Assembly: GCA_964229575.1 (NCBI GenBank)
Contig: CAXRES010000131.1
Coordinates: forward strand, 1-43,176
DNA length: 43,176 nucleotides
Direction of reading: 5' to 3'
Origin: Alphaproteobacteria bacterium
GTDB lineage: Bacteria > Pseudomonadota > Alphaproteobacteria > SMXQ01
In this document: positions 18,809-27,395 of the stretch, one piece after another
How the letters are laid out: every line of letters starts with the position of its first letter
Position numbering within the stretch: position 1 is the first letter of the stretch
Program-made: the position numbers and the translations under genes
The notes under the pieces: model-generated
Databases searched by the model: none
Told to the model about the DNA's origin: nothing
The model's input: the letters and a program-made list of their open reading frames with translations, nothing else

Positions 18809-19074
18809 GGGGCGGTCCTCGCTGGCGCAAGTGCCGGTTCGCCGGGCGCTTGTTTTTTGATTTGGGAAACGACTTTCGAATATTAGACTAGGAAACCTGA
18901 AATCGCAGGACAAGAAACGCCGGGTTCGGCTGCCCGGAGCCGCGCCGAAGCGGGGCCGGCGGGTGATTTCCTGCGAATGATTATTGCTGCACCATTCGAG
19001 GGGCAGTTGGTAAAACTGCGGTTCCAAGCAACAAGGGCCGGCCGCAAGGCGCCGGCCGGGGGAGGCCTGTCATC

Positions 19075-20184
19075 GTGAGTGGCGCCGGCGCGAAGCCCTT
19101 TCTCGGGCTCGCCCATGTTTCCAAGCTGTTCGGAACCTTCCGGGCGGTCGACGACCTGAGCCTCGATATCGTCGAAGGCGAGGTCTTCGCCCTGCTCGGC
19201 CCGTCGGGCTGCGGCAAATCGACGACGCTGCGCCAGATCGCCGGCCTCGATTCCCCCGATAGCGGCACGATCACGCTGAACGGAAACGTCCTCTATTCGG
19301 CCGAAGACGACATCTTCGTTCCGCCGCAGAAGCGCAACATGGGAATGGTGTTCCAGTCCTACGCCATCTGGCCGCACCTGACGGTGGCCGAAACGGTCGC
19401 CTATCCCCTTGCCTTGCGCAAGGTCCCCCAGGCCGAGATCGACAGGGCGGTGGCCGAAACGCTCGAGCAGGTCGGCCTCGGCGGTTTCGGCGATCGCCCG
19501 TCGCCCACGCTTTCAGGCGGCCAGCAGCAGCGCGTGGCGCTCGCCCGTGCGCTCGTCTACAAGCCCGACGTGCTGCTGCTCGACGAGCCGTTCAGCAATC
19601 TCGACGTCAAGCTCCGCGAACAGATGCGCGTGGAACTGAAGCAGCTTCAGCGCCAGGTCGGCGTCACCGTCATCCTCGTCACCCATGACCAGTCGGAGGC
19701 GCTCTCGCTCGCCGACCGCATCGCGGTGTTGAACGCGGGCCGGGTCGAGCAGGTTGGCGACCCGGTCGATCTCTATGAAAATCCGGTCAGCCCCTTCGTG
19801 CGCGATTTCATCGGGCTGTCGACCCGTCTCGACGTCGAGGTCACGGCGGTTCACGGCGGGGAGGCGCAGATCCGTTTCGGCGCAGGCGGTATTTCGCTGG
19901 CCTCTTCCGCCCTGCGCGGCGGGGCGATTTCGCCGGGCGCGCGATTGACCGCCGCGGTGCGGCCGGAAAGCATCCTTGTCGGTTCGGCGGCCCGGAGCGC
20001 CGATCACAATACCTTCAAGGCCACGGTGGAGACCCTGCTGTTCGTCGGCGACAAGTTCGAATGCCACCTGCGCGCGGGGGGCGACGCCTTGCTTGCCTAT
20101 TCGTCGCGCGGCGAACGCCTGCGCGAAGGCGACACGGTCAACCTTCACATTCCGAAAGAAGCGCTGAGCCTATGGCCGAAGTAG
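19075..20184 (+). CDS. ABC transporter ATP-binding protein
   Basis: [23 protein letters not shown]; paralog of 12846-13934. Confidence 0.95.
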   Translation: MSGAGAKPFLGLAHVSKLFGTFRAVDDLSLDIVEGEVFALLGPSGCGKSTTLRQIAGLDSPDSGTITLNGNVLYSAEDDIFVPPQKRNMGMVFQSYAIWPHLTVAETVAYPLALRKVPQAEIDRAVAETLEQVGLGGFGDRPSPTLSGGQQQRVALARALVYKPDVLLLDEPFSNLDVKLREQMRVELKQLQRQVGVTVILVTHDQSEALSLADRIAVLNAGRVEQVGDPVDLYENPVSPFVRDFIGLSTRLDVEVTAVHGGEAQIRFGAGGISLASSALRGGAISPGARLTAAVRPESILVGSAARSADHNTFKATVETLLFVGDKFECHLRAGGDALLAYSSRGERLREGDTVNLHIPKEALSLWPK

Positions 20185-21905
20185 GCGCGATCCGGGCCCT
20201 GGTGCCTTCGGCGTTGCGCCGCATCCGCCCGGGCACGGTCGGCGCCACCGTCGTGCTGTTCGTCATGCTGATGCTGGTCGCCTATCCGCTGGTGCTGCTG
20301 ATCGAAGCGAGCTTCCTGGTCGAAGGCCCGGGCAACACCAAGGTCATGGGTCTCGAACTCTGGCGCACGGCGTGGGGCGCGCCGGGCATGCTGCCGTCGA
20401 TTCTCAACACCTTCAAGCGCGTCATCGCCACGGAAATCATCGCCTTTCCCGCGGCCATCCTCATCGCCTGGGCGGTGGCGCGCACCGATCTGCCCGGCAA
20501 GAAACTGATCGACACTTTTTTCTGGGTCGCCTTCTTCCTGCCGGCGCTGCCCGTGCTGATGGGCTGGATCCTGCTGTTCGATCCGCAGTTCGGGCTGGCC
20601 AACCAGGCCTTCGTCGCCCTGTTCGGCATGGAGGAAGGCCCGTTCAACATCTACAGCTTCAGCGGCATCATTTTCGCCCATATCGCGGCGCGCTCGGTGG
20701 CGGCCAAGTACATTTTCCTGTCGCCGGCCTTCCGCAATCTCGACGGCGCGATGGAGGAAGCCTCGCGCATCGCGGGCGCAAGCCCGCTCGGCACGCTCAG
20801 GCGCATCGTCATTCCCGTGCTGATGCCGGCCTTCCTGATCACGCTGTGCATTTCGCTGATCCATTCGCTCGAATCCTTCGAGATCGAGCTGATCCTCGGG
20901 CCGCCCAATAATTTCTACGTGTTTTCCACCAAGATCTACCAGTTCATCCAGGAAGACCCGCCGATGTTCGGCATCGCCACCGTGCTCGGGCTCGCCATCC
21001 TCGTCTGCATGTTGCCGCTGATCTTCTGGCAGCAGTACCTGTCGCAGCGGCGCAGTTTCGTCACCGTGACGTCGAGCTTCTCCCTGAACATCCTGCGCCT
21101 GCGCGGCTGGCGCTGGCCGGTGTTCGCCACCATCGCGGCTTTCGGCACGCTGATCACGGTGGTGCCGGTCATCTTTCTGGTCATGGGCACGTTCATGAGC
21201 CTCTACGGCCACTTCGGCCTGGCCGATGCCTGGACGATCGAGCACTGGGAAACCGTGCTCACCGATCCGCCCATGGTGCGCGCCACGGCGAACACGCTGA
21301 TGATGGGGGCCGCCGCCGCGCTTATCGGCGTGTTCTGGTACTCGCTCGTCGCGTATATCTCGGTGCGCACGCGCTATCGGGCGCGCGGGCTTCTCGATTT
21401 CCTGTCGTGGCTGCCGGCCAGCCTGCCCGGCATCATCCTCGGCCTCGCGCTGCTGTGGGTGTTTCTCAACGTCGATCTGTTCCAGCCGCTCTACGGCACG
21501 CTCGCCGTGCTGGTGGTGGCCTGCATCCTCAACAGCGTTTCGACGGGCGTTCAACTGGTCAAGAGCAACATGGTGCAGCTCGGCCGCGACCTGGAAGAAG
21601 CGTCGTTCATCGCAGGCGGCTCCTGGGCCTATACGTTCCGGCGCATCGTGCTGCCGCTGCTCGGCCCCGTTCTGATCGCGGTGGCGCTGCTCACCTTCGT
21701 CGCCGCGGCGCGCAACGTATCCACCATCGCCATGCTGGTGACGTCGGAGAACCGGCCGCTCGCCATGTTGCAGGTCGACCACATCGTCGACGGCACCTTC
21801 GAGGCCGCGGCCGTGGTCGGCGTCCTCATCGTGCTGCTGACCGGCTGCATGGCGCTGGTGGCGCGCCTGGTCGGCCGGCGCTTCGGGTTTTCGGGACTGA
21901 GGTAG
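20172..21905 (+). CDS. ABC transporter permease, fused two-domain type
   Basis: MEEASRIAGA and LEEASFIAGG EAA loops; paralog of 11131-12858. Confidence 0.9.
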   Translation: MAEVGAIRALVPSALRRIRPGTVGATVVLFVMLMLVAYPLVLLIEASFLVEGPGNTKVMGLELWRTAWGAPGMLPSILNTFKRVIATEIIAFPAAILIAWAVARTDLPGKKLIDTFFWVAFFLPALPVLMGWILLFDPQFGLANQAFVALFGMEEGPFNIYSFSGIIFAHIAARSVAAKYIFLSPAFRNLDGAMEEASRIAGASPLGTLRRIVIPVLMPAFLITLCISLIHSLESFEIELILGPPNNFYVFSTKIYQFIQEDPPMFGIATVLGLAILVCMLPLIFWQQYLSQRRSFVTVTSSFSLNILRLRGWRWPVFATIAAFGTLITVVPVIFLVMGTFMSLYGHFGLADAWTIEHWETVLTDPPMVRATANTLMMGAAAALIGVFWYSLVAYISVRTRYRARGLLDFLSWLPASLPGIILGLALLWVFLNVDLFQPLYGTLAVLVVACILNSVSTGVQLVKSNMVQLGRDLEEASFIAGGSWAYTFRRIVLPLLGPVLIAVALLTFVAAARNVSTIAMLVTSENRPLAMLQVDHIVDGTFEAAAVVGVLIVLLTGCMALVARLVGRRFGFSGLR

Positions 21906-22054
21906 GAGCGCGGCGCGCGCGAGGGCAAGCAAACATGTATCCTGCCGGAGGTATCGAAGGTCCAGTCGGGTTTGCAGGCGTCCATCGGGTATTATCCGGC
22001 GACGCCATCGGGCTGTCAGGAATCGGGTTCTAGAGAAACGGGAGAAACGGAAAC

Positions 22055-22723
22055 ATGGCACGCGACGCGCTGGTCGAGCGCCTTTCTAAACTGGATGCCT
22101 GCACGGTGTCGGACGCGCTCGATGCGCTCGGCATCAAGGGCGCGACGCTCGGCATCCGCCCGCAATGGCCCTGTCCGCGCATCGCGGGCCGTGCCGTGAC
22201 GGTGAAACTGAAGCCCCAGGGCGTGGAAAAGCCGACCCGTCACCTCGGTACCGAGGCGATCGAAACGGCCGATCCGGGCGACGTGCTGGTGATGGAACTG
22301 GCCGGGCGCACCGACGTGCCGGGATGGGGCGGGCTTCTGTCGCTTGCCGCCGCCACCAAGGGGCTGGCCGGGATCGTCATCGACGGGGCCTGCCGGGACA
22401 TCGACGATTCCGCCGCCGCCGGGTTTCCGGTCTACGCCAGGGGCGTGGTGCCGATCACGGCGCGCGGGCGCGTCATCCAGGACAGCGTGAACGAGGAAAT
22501 CCAGTTCGCCGGCGTCCAGGTCCACCCCGGCGACTACGTGGTGGCCGACGGCTCGGGCACCATCATCGTGCCCCGGGCGCGCGCCGCCGAAGTGATCGCC
22601 AAGGGCGAGGAAATCGCCGCCCGCGAAGCGCGCATGGCGGATGCCGTGCGCAAGGGCGCCTCCATCGTCGCCGTGATGGAACAGGGCGGCTACGAACAGA
22701 TGCTCAGCAAGGACAAGAAATAA
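22055..22723 (+). CDS. RraA-like/HMG aldolase family protein 1
   Basis: SDALD, GRAVTV, WGGL, DGACRD, PGDYVVAD. Confidence 0.9.
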   Translation: MARDALVERLSKLDACTVSDALDALGIKGATLGIRPQWPCPRIAGRAVTVKLKPQGVEKPTRHLGTEAIETADPGDVLVMELAGRTDVPGWGGLLSLAAATKGLAGIVIDGACRDIDDSAAAGFPVYARGVVPITARGRVIQDSVNEEIQFAGVQVHPGDYVVADGSGTIIVPRARAAEVIAKGEEIAAREARMADAVRKGASIVAVMEQGGYEQMLSKDKK

Positions 22724-22724
22724 G

Positions 22725-23378
22725 ATGGCAAACGATCCGATCGTCGAAGGTTTCAAGAAGCTCGCCAGCGCCTCGATTTCCGACGCGCTCGACCGGCTCG
22801 GCATCCACGGCATGGCGCAGGGCATCGCGCCGCTCGCCAACGGCCATCATGTGGTCGGCCGGGCGTTCACGCTCAAGTACCGGCCCTGCGGGATCAGCAA
22901 GGGGACGGTCGGCGATTACATCGACGACGTGCCGCCGGGCGGCGTGGTGGTGCTGGACAACGCCGGACGGCTCGATTGCACCGTATGGGGCGATATCCTG
23001 ACGACGACGGCCAAGAGCCGCGGCGTCGCCGGCACGGTGATCCACGGCGTCTGCCGCGATGTCGCCGGGTCGCTCGAGGTCGGCTATCCCATCTTCTCGC
23101 GCGGGCGCTTCATGCGCACCGGCAAGGACCGGGTCGAGGTCGACGGCACCAACGTCACGGTTTCGCTCGGCGACGTGCAGGTGCGCCCGGGCGACATCGT
23201 CGTCGGTTCCGACGACGGCATTCTCGTCGTGCCGGTGGAAAAGGAAAAGGAAGTCCTCGATATCGCCAATGCGGTCGCCGAGGCCGAGGCGCGCATCGTC
23301 GCCGAGGTCAGGGCCGGCTCGCGCCTGGTCGATGCACGCAAGAAGCACGGCTATCACAGTCTCCAGACCAAGAGGTAA
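22725..23378 (+). CDS. RraA-like/HMG aldolase family protein 2
   Basis: SDALD, GRAFT, WGDI, GVCRD, PGDIVVGSDDG. Confidence 0.9.
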   Translation: MANDPIVEGFKKLASASISDALDRLGIHGMAQGIAPLANGHHVVGRAFTLKYRPCGISKGTVGDYIDDVPPGGVVVLDNAGRLDCTVWGDILTTTAKSRGVAGTVIHGVCRDVAGSLEVGYPIFSRGRFMRTGKDRVEVDGTNVTVSLGDVQVRPGDIVVGSDDGILVVPVEKEKEVLDIANAVAEAEARIVAEVRAGSRLVDARKKHGYHSLQTKR

Positions 23379-23383
23379 GCGAC

Positions 23384-24025
23384 ATGAGTTTCGACTTCCC
23401 CCGTCCCGACGCCGCGACCGTCGCGCGCGCCGCGACTTTTCCCTCCGCCACGATCCATGAAGCGATGGGCCGCCAGGGCGCGCTGCCCGCGGCGATCAAG
23501 CCGGTGTCTCCGTCATGGAAGATCTGCGGCCCGGCCTTCACGGTGGCGGCCAAGGCGTTCAACAACATCAACATCCACCGCGCCATCTATCTGGCGAAGC
23601 CGGGCGACATCCTGGTCGTCGATTGCGGCGGCGGGTATGAGGCCGGCTATTTCGGCGAGATCATGGCGCACGCGGCCAAGGTGCGCGGGCTCGCCGGGCT
23701 GGTGATCGACGCCTGCGTGCGCGACGCCGACCTGCTGGAAGAGATCGGCTTTCCCGTATTCTCGCGCGGGCTCGCCATTCAGGGGACGACCAAGGACGAA
23801 GGCGGCTCGCTCGCCCAGACCGTGACCATCGGCAGCGTGCGGGTGTCGCCCGGCGACATCGTCAACGGCGACCGCGACGGCGTCGTCGTGATCCCGCAGG
23901 GCGCGGCCAAGGCCGCGCTCGATGCTTCCCAGACGCGCGAGGACAAGGAATCGAAGACCATCGCTTCGATCAGGCAGGGCAAGTCGACGATCGAGCTGTA
24001 CGGCTGGTCGCCGCTGCCGAAGTGA
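23384..24025 (+). CDS. RraA-like protein 3, closest to 4-carboxy-4-hydroxy-2-oxoadipate (HMG/CHA) aldolase LigK/ProA type
   Basis: SATIHEAMG.GAL..IKP, GPAFTV, GYFGEI, DACVRD, PGDIV.GD.DG. Confidence 0.85.
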   Translation: MSFDFPRPDAATVARAATFPSATIHEAMGRQGALPAAIKPVSPSWKICGPAFTVAAKAFNNINIHRAIYLAKPGDILVVDCGGGYEAGYFGEIMAHAAKVRGLAGLVIDACVRDADLLEEIGFPVFSRGLAIQGTTKDEGGSLAQTVTIGSVRVSPGDIVNGDRDGVVVIPQGAAKAALDASQTREDKESKTIASIRQGKSTIELYGWSPLPK

Positions 24026-24038
24026 TGCGGGACAGGAA

Positions 24039-24818
24039 ATGACTTCCGATAAATTCGCGTCTTCTCGCGAACTCGTCGCCAGGGCCTGCCGGATCATCGG
24101 CAATCTCGGCCTGACCAAGGCCGCGACGGGCCATATCAGCGCGCGCTGCGAGGGCGGCTTCCTGGTGCGCGCGCGCGGGCGGGACGAAGTGGGCGTGCGT
24201 TACACCACGGCGGGCGAAATCATCCGCGTGAACGCCGATGGCGAAAAGATCGACGGCGCCGACGGCCTGGCCTCGCCGCAGGAGGTGTTCATCCACTCCT
24301 GGCTCTACAAGACCCGGCCCGAGGTCAACAGCGTCGTCCATGTGCATCCCAAGGCGGTGGTGTTGTTCACCATTACGGAAAAACAGATTTTACCGATCTT
24401 CGGCGCCTACGACCCGACCGGTCTGCGGCTCGCCGCGGAAGGTCCGGCGCTCTACGACCGCGCGATTCTCATCAAGAACGACCTTATCGGCCAGGAATTC
24501 GCCGCCGCCATGGGGCGGGCGCGAATCTGTCTCATGCGCGGTCACGGCATCACCACGGTCGGACCGACGGTGGAGGAGGCGACGCTCGCCGCGGTCAAGA
24601 TCAACGAACTGGCGGAAATGAACTACGAGGCGTATCTTCTGGGAACCCCCAGGCCGATTTCCGACGACGACATAAGAACATTCATTCCGGGGTACGGCCG
24701 GGAGGGCGGAGGCAAAACCGCGGCGGGTAGTCCCATGCCGCCATTGATGGGCAACATCCGTTCATCGTGGCGCTACTACGCGACGCTGGCGGGGGAAAAA
24801 GACGTCCCCGACGCCTGA
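24039..24818 (+). CDS. Class II aldolase/adducin family protein
   Basis: GHISAR, EVFIH, VHVHP, RGHG. Confidence 0.9.
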   Translation: MTSDKFASSRELVARACRIIGNLGLTKAATGHISARCEGGFLVRARGRDEVGVRYTTAGEIIRVNADGEKIDGADGLASPQEVFIHSWLYKTRPEVNSVVHVHPKAVVLFTITEKQILPIFGAYDPTGLRLAAEGPALYDRAILIKNDLIGQEFAAAMGRARICLMRGHGITTVGPTVEEATLAAVKINELAEMNYEAYLLGTPRPISDDDIRTFIPGYGREGGGKTAAGSPMPPLMGNIRSSWRYYATLAGEKDVPDA

Positions 24819-24830
24819 TCGGAGGAAACC

Positions 24831-26009
24831 ATGCTGTCGCACGAACAGAACGAAATCATGTGCAGGGTAAGTGCCGGAACGCCGGGCGGCGAAATGCTGC
24901 GCCGCTTCTGGATGCCGGTCGGACCGGCGGGCGAACTGACCGACGAAAAGCCGCTCAAGAAGGTTCGCATGCTGGGCGAGGATCTCGTGGTCTATCGCGA
25001 CCGCCGCGGCAATTACGGCCTCGTCGAAGAGCAGTGCCGCCACCGCTCCGCCTCGCTCGCCTACGGCTTCGTGGAGGAGGACGGCATTCGTTGCCCCTAT
25101 CACGGCTGGAAGTTCGACTGCACCGGCAAATGCACCGAGATGCCGTTCGAGCCGAAGGGCACGACCCTGATCAACCATGTGCGCCAGCGCGCGTACCCGG
25201 TGCGCGAGCTGGGCGGGATGCTGTGGACCTACATGGGGCAGGGCGAGGCGCCGGAGCTGCCGCGCTGGGCCCAGCTGTTACGCAAGGACGGCGTGCGGGT
25301 GATCGAAGTTCTCCCGGTGATCGACTGCAACTGGGTCCAGATCATGGAAAATTCCTGCGACCCCTGTCACACCTATTACCTGCATGCCCACACCCTCGTG
25401 CTCAAGGGCAAGGGCGACATGGGCACCTACTACTACCGTCCGATCGAAAAGATGGAATTCGAGCTGGTCGAGGAAGCCAACTGGGTCGGCGTGCGCAAGC
25501 AGCGCTTCTACGGCGGCGAGCAGGCGGAGACCGAGGACGGCCACCCGGTGATCTTCCCGATCTATCTGCTTTCGCCCCAGCGCGAGCACATCGTCATGCA
25601 CATGCGCCTGCCGGTGGATGACACCCACACGCAGATATTCCGCTACCAGTTCACGCCGAACGAGGACGGCAGCGAAGTGCCGCAGCCGAACAAGGTGCCG
25701 TTCCGCCACAATCCGCCGTTGCGCGACGAATACGGCGTGTTCCACATGAACAACTTCGCCTCCCATGACGCCATGGCCTGGGAAACCCAGGGGCCGATCA
25801 CCGACCGCGAGCGCGAGAACCTGGGCGTGTCCGATGCCGGCATCGCGCTTTATCGGCGCCTGCTTCGCGACCAGATCAAGCGCGTGCAGGAAGGCCAGGA
25901 CCCGAAGGGCGTGATCCGCGATCCGAAGCTCAATGAATATATCGACATCCGCGTCTCGACCGGCCAGGCCCGCGTCGCGCGCGAGCAGATGAAGAAGCAG
26001 CGGGCATGA
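24831..26009 (+). CDS. Rieske oxygenase alpha subunit (LigX/phthalate dioxygenase-like)
   Basis: CRH...CPYH, ENSCDPCHTYYLH, HDAMAWETQG.I.DR..E.LG.SD; GGAGG RBS. Confidence 0.93.
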   Translation: MLSHEQNEIMCRVSAGTPGGEMLRRFWMPVGPAGELTDEKPLKKVRMLGEDLVVYRDRRGNYGLVEEQCRHRSASLAYGFVEEDGIRCPYHGWKFDCTGKCTEMPFEPKGTTLINHVRQRAYPVRELGGMLWTYMGQGEAPELPRWAQLLRKDGVRVIEVLPVIDCNWVQIMENSCDPCHTYYLHAHTLVLKGKGDMGTYYYRPIEKMEFELVEEANWVGVRKQRFYGGEQAETEDGHPVIFPIYLLSPQREHIVMHMRLPVDDTHTQIFRYQFTPNEDGSEVPQPNKVPFRHNPPLRDEYGVFHMNNFASHDAMAWETQGPITDRERENLGVSDAGIALYRRLLRDQIKRVQEGQDPKGVIRDPKLNEYIDIRVSTGQARVAREQMKKQRA

Positions 26010-27127
26010 GCGACGCCACCAGGTCTTCGCACGGCCCCGCGCCCAACGACCCGGAAGCCAAGGTCTTCCAGCGTCCGCCGCAGTATTACTACGTCTGGCA
26101 GGAGGCGGAAGGCATTCCCGTCCACAAGACGTTCTATGTCGAGAGCCTCAAGGACGTCGAGGTCGGCCCGTGGAAGCGCTTCGGCGGCAACGGCGCCTTC
26201 GTCAACCTGACCGACAGCTTCCTCGTCGGCTCCTTCGTGCTGGAGATACCGCCGGGCAAGGCGCTCAACCCGATGCACCACCTGTTCGAGGGTACGACCT
26301 ATGTGATCTCCGGACAGGGCGAAACCGTGATCGAACAGAAGGGTTCGCCCACGCGCAGGATCGGCTGGTCGGAACGCTCCCTCTTCGCGCCGCCGCTCAA
26401 CACCACCTACCAGCACCGCAACACCGATCCCGACAGGCCGGCGCGGCTCCTCGTCGTCAATAATGCGCCGCTGGTGATGAGCCTCTACCACGACGAGGAT
26501 TTCGTCTTCGGCTCCGACTACGCCTTCAGGCGCCGCTACACGGGCCAGGAGAATTTCTTCGACGGCATCCCCGAATACCTCGGCAGCCGGCTTTCGTCGG
26601 TCAACTATATCCGCGACGTCGGCAAGTACGAGCTCTACGACTGGGAATTCCGCGGCAAGGGCGCGCGCAGCGCCTTCATGTCGATTTCCGACAGCACCAT
26701 CGCCGCGCATATTTCATCGTTCGAAGTCGGCACCTACAAGAAGGCGCATCGCCACGGCGCAGGCGCCCATGTGGTGATGCTGGACGGCGAGGGCTATTCG
26801 CTGCTGTGGGCCGACGGCGAGGAACGCCAGCGCGTCGAATGGCGGGCCGGCACCATGTTCGCGCCGCCCGAATGGTGGTGGCACCAGCACTTCAACACCG
26901 GCAAAACGCCGGCGCGCTACCTCGCCATCCGCAACAACAACCCGGTCCATCCCCTGAAAATGGGCATGCCGCGCATCCGCGATTCGGGCGACGGCATGAC
27001 CCAGTTCGGCCTCGCCCAGATCGACTTCGAGCTGGAAGACCCGGCGATCTTCGCCGAATACGCGGCCGCGCTCGCGCGCAAGGGGGTCGAACTGCGCCAG
27101 GCGAGGCCCGCCTACCGCCCTGCCTGA
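26006..27127 (+). CDS. Bicupin protein (distantly gentisate-dioxygenase-like), paralog A
   Basis: N-domain PMHHLFE...YQH; C-domain YKKAHRHGAGAH...WWHQHFN; ATGA overlap with the Rieske gene. Confidence 0.85.
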   Translation: MSDATRSSHGPAPNDPEAKVFQRPPQYYYVWQEAEGIPVHKTFYVESLKDVEVGPWKRFGGNGAFVNLTDSFLVGSFVLEIPPGKALNPMHHLFEGTTYVISGQGETVIEQKGSPTRRIGWSERSLFAPPLNTTYQHRNTDPDRPARLLVVNNAPLVMSLYHDEDFVFGSDYAFRRRYTGQENFFDGIPEYLGSRLSSVNYIRDVGKYELYDWEFRGKGARSAFMSISDSTIAAHISSFEVGTYKKAHRHGAGAHVVMLDGEGYSLLWADGEERQRVEWRAGTMFAPPEWWWHQHFNTGKTPARYLAIRNNNPVHPLKMGMPRIRDSGDGMTQFGLAQIDFELEDPAIFAEYAAALARKGVELRQARPAYRPA

Positions 27128-27199
27128 GGCCGGCAAAAGTCCTGCCCGGAAATTAAATATTGCCCGGAGCGGCGGTAATCACCGGCCATTGCGGCCATT

Positions 27200-27303
27200 G
27201 GCGCGTTGTGCGCCCGAACGGGCGCCGGCCAACGCGGCTTCATCTTGATGGCGAGCAACTTTTCTGCGATCAGATGATTCCATCTGCTCGCGGGTTGCTC
27301 TAG
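27200..27303 (-). repeat. ~100-bp two-hairpin intergenic repeat, copy 3 (reverse orientation)
   Basis: Reverse complement reads CTAGAGCAACCCGCGAGCAGATG-GAAT-CATCTGATCGCAGAAAAGTTGCTC...CGCGTTGGCCGGCGCCCG-TT-CGGGCGCACAACGCGCC. Confidence 0.8.
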
Positions 27304-27395
27304 CCTGTGTGCTGAAACAGTGAAAAAAACAGGCGCCGCGCCCGCGAAAGGCGCGGCCATGGGGAGGCCGCCCGGCGGGCGGCGAGAGGGGCATC

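Noticed and set aside
21906-22054. Intergenic hairpin (GGCGTC..GACGCC) and GAGAAACGG direct repeat before the RraA genes
   Set aside because: Short and imperfect with no recognisable riboswitch consensus; the repeat overlaps the RBS region
27128-27200. Short direct repeats TGCCCGGA x2 and CGGCCATTG x2 beside repeat copy 3
   Set aside because: Too short to be significant in GC-rich DNA, and they do not flank both sides of the element as a target duplication would
8142-27303. Repeats considered as a CRISPR array or IS ends
   Set aside because: They are dispersed rather than regularly spaced, and no cas or transposase gene is present
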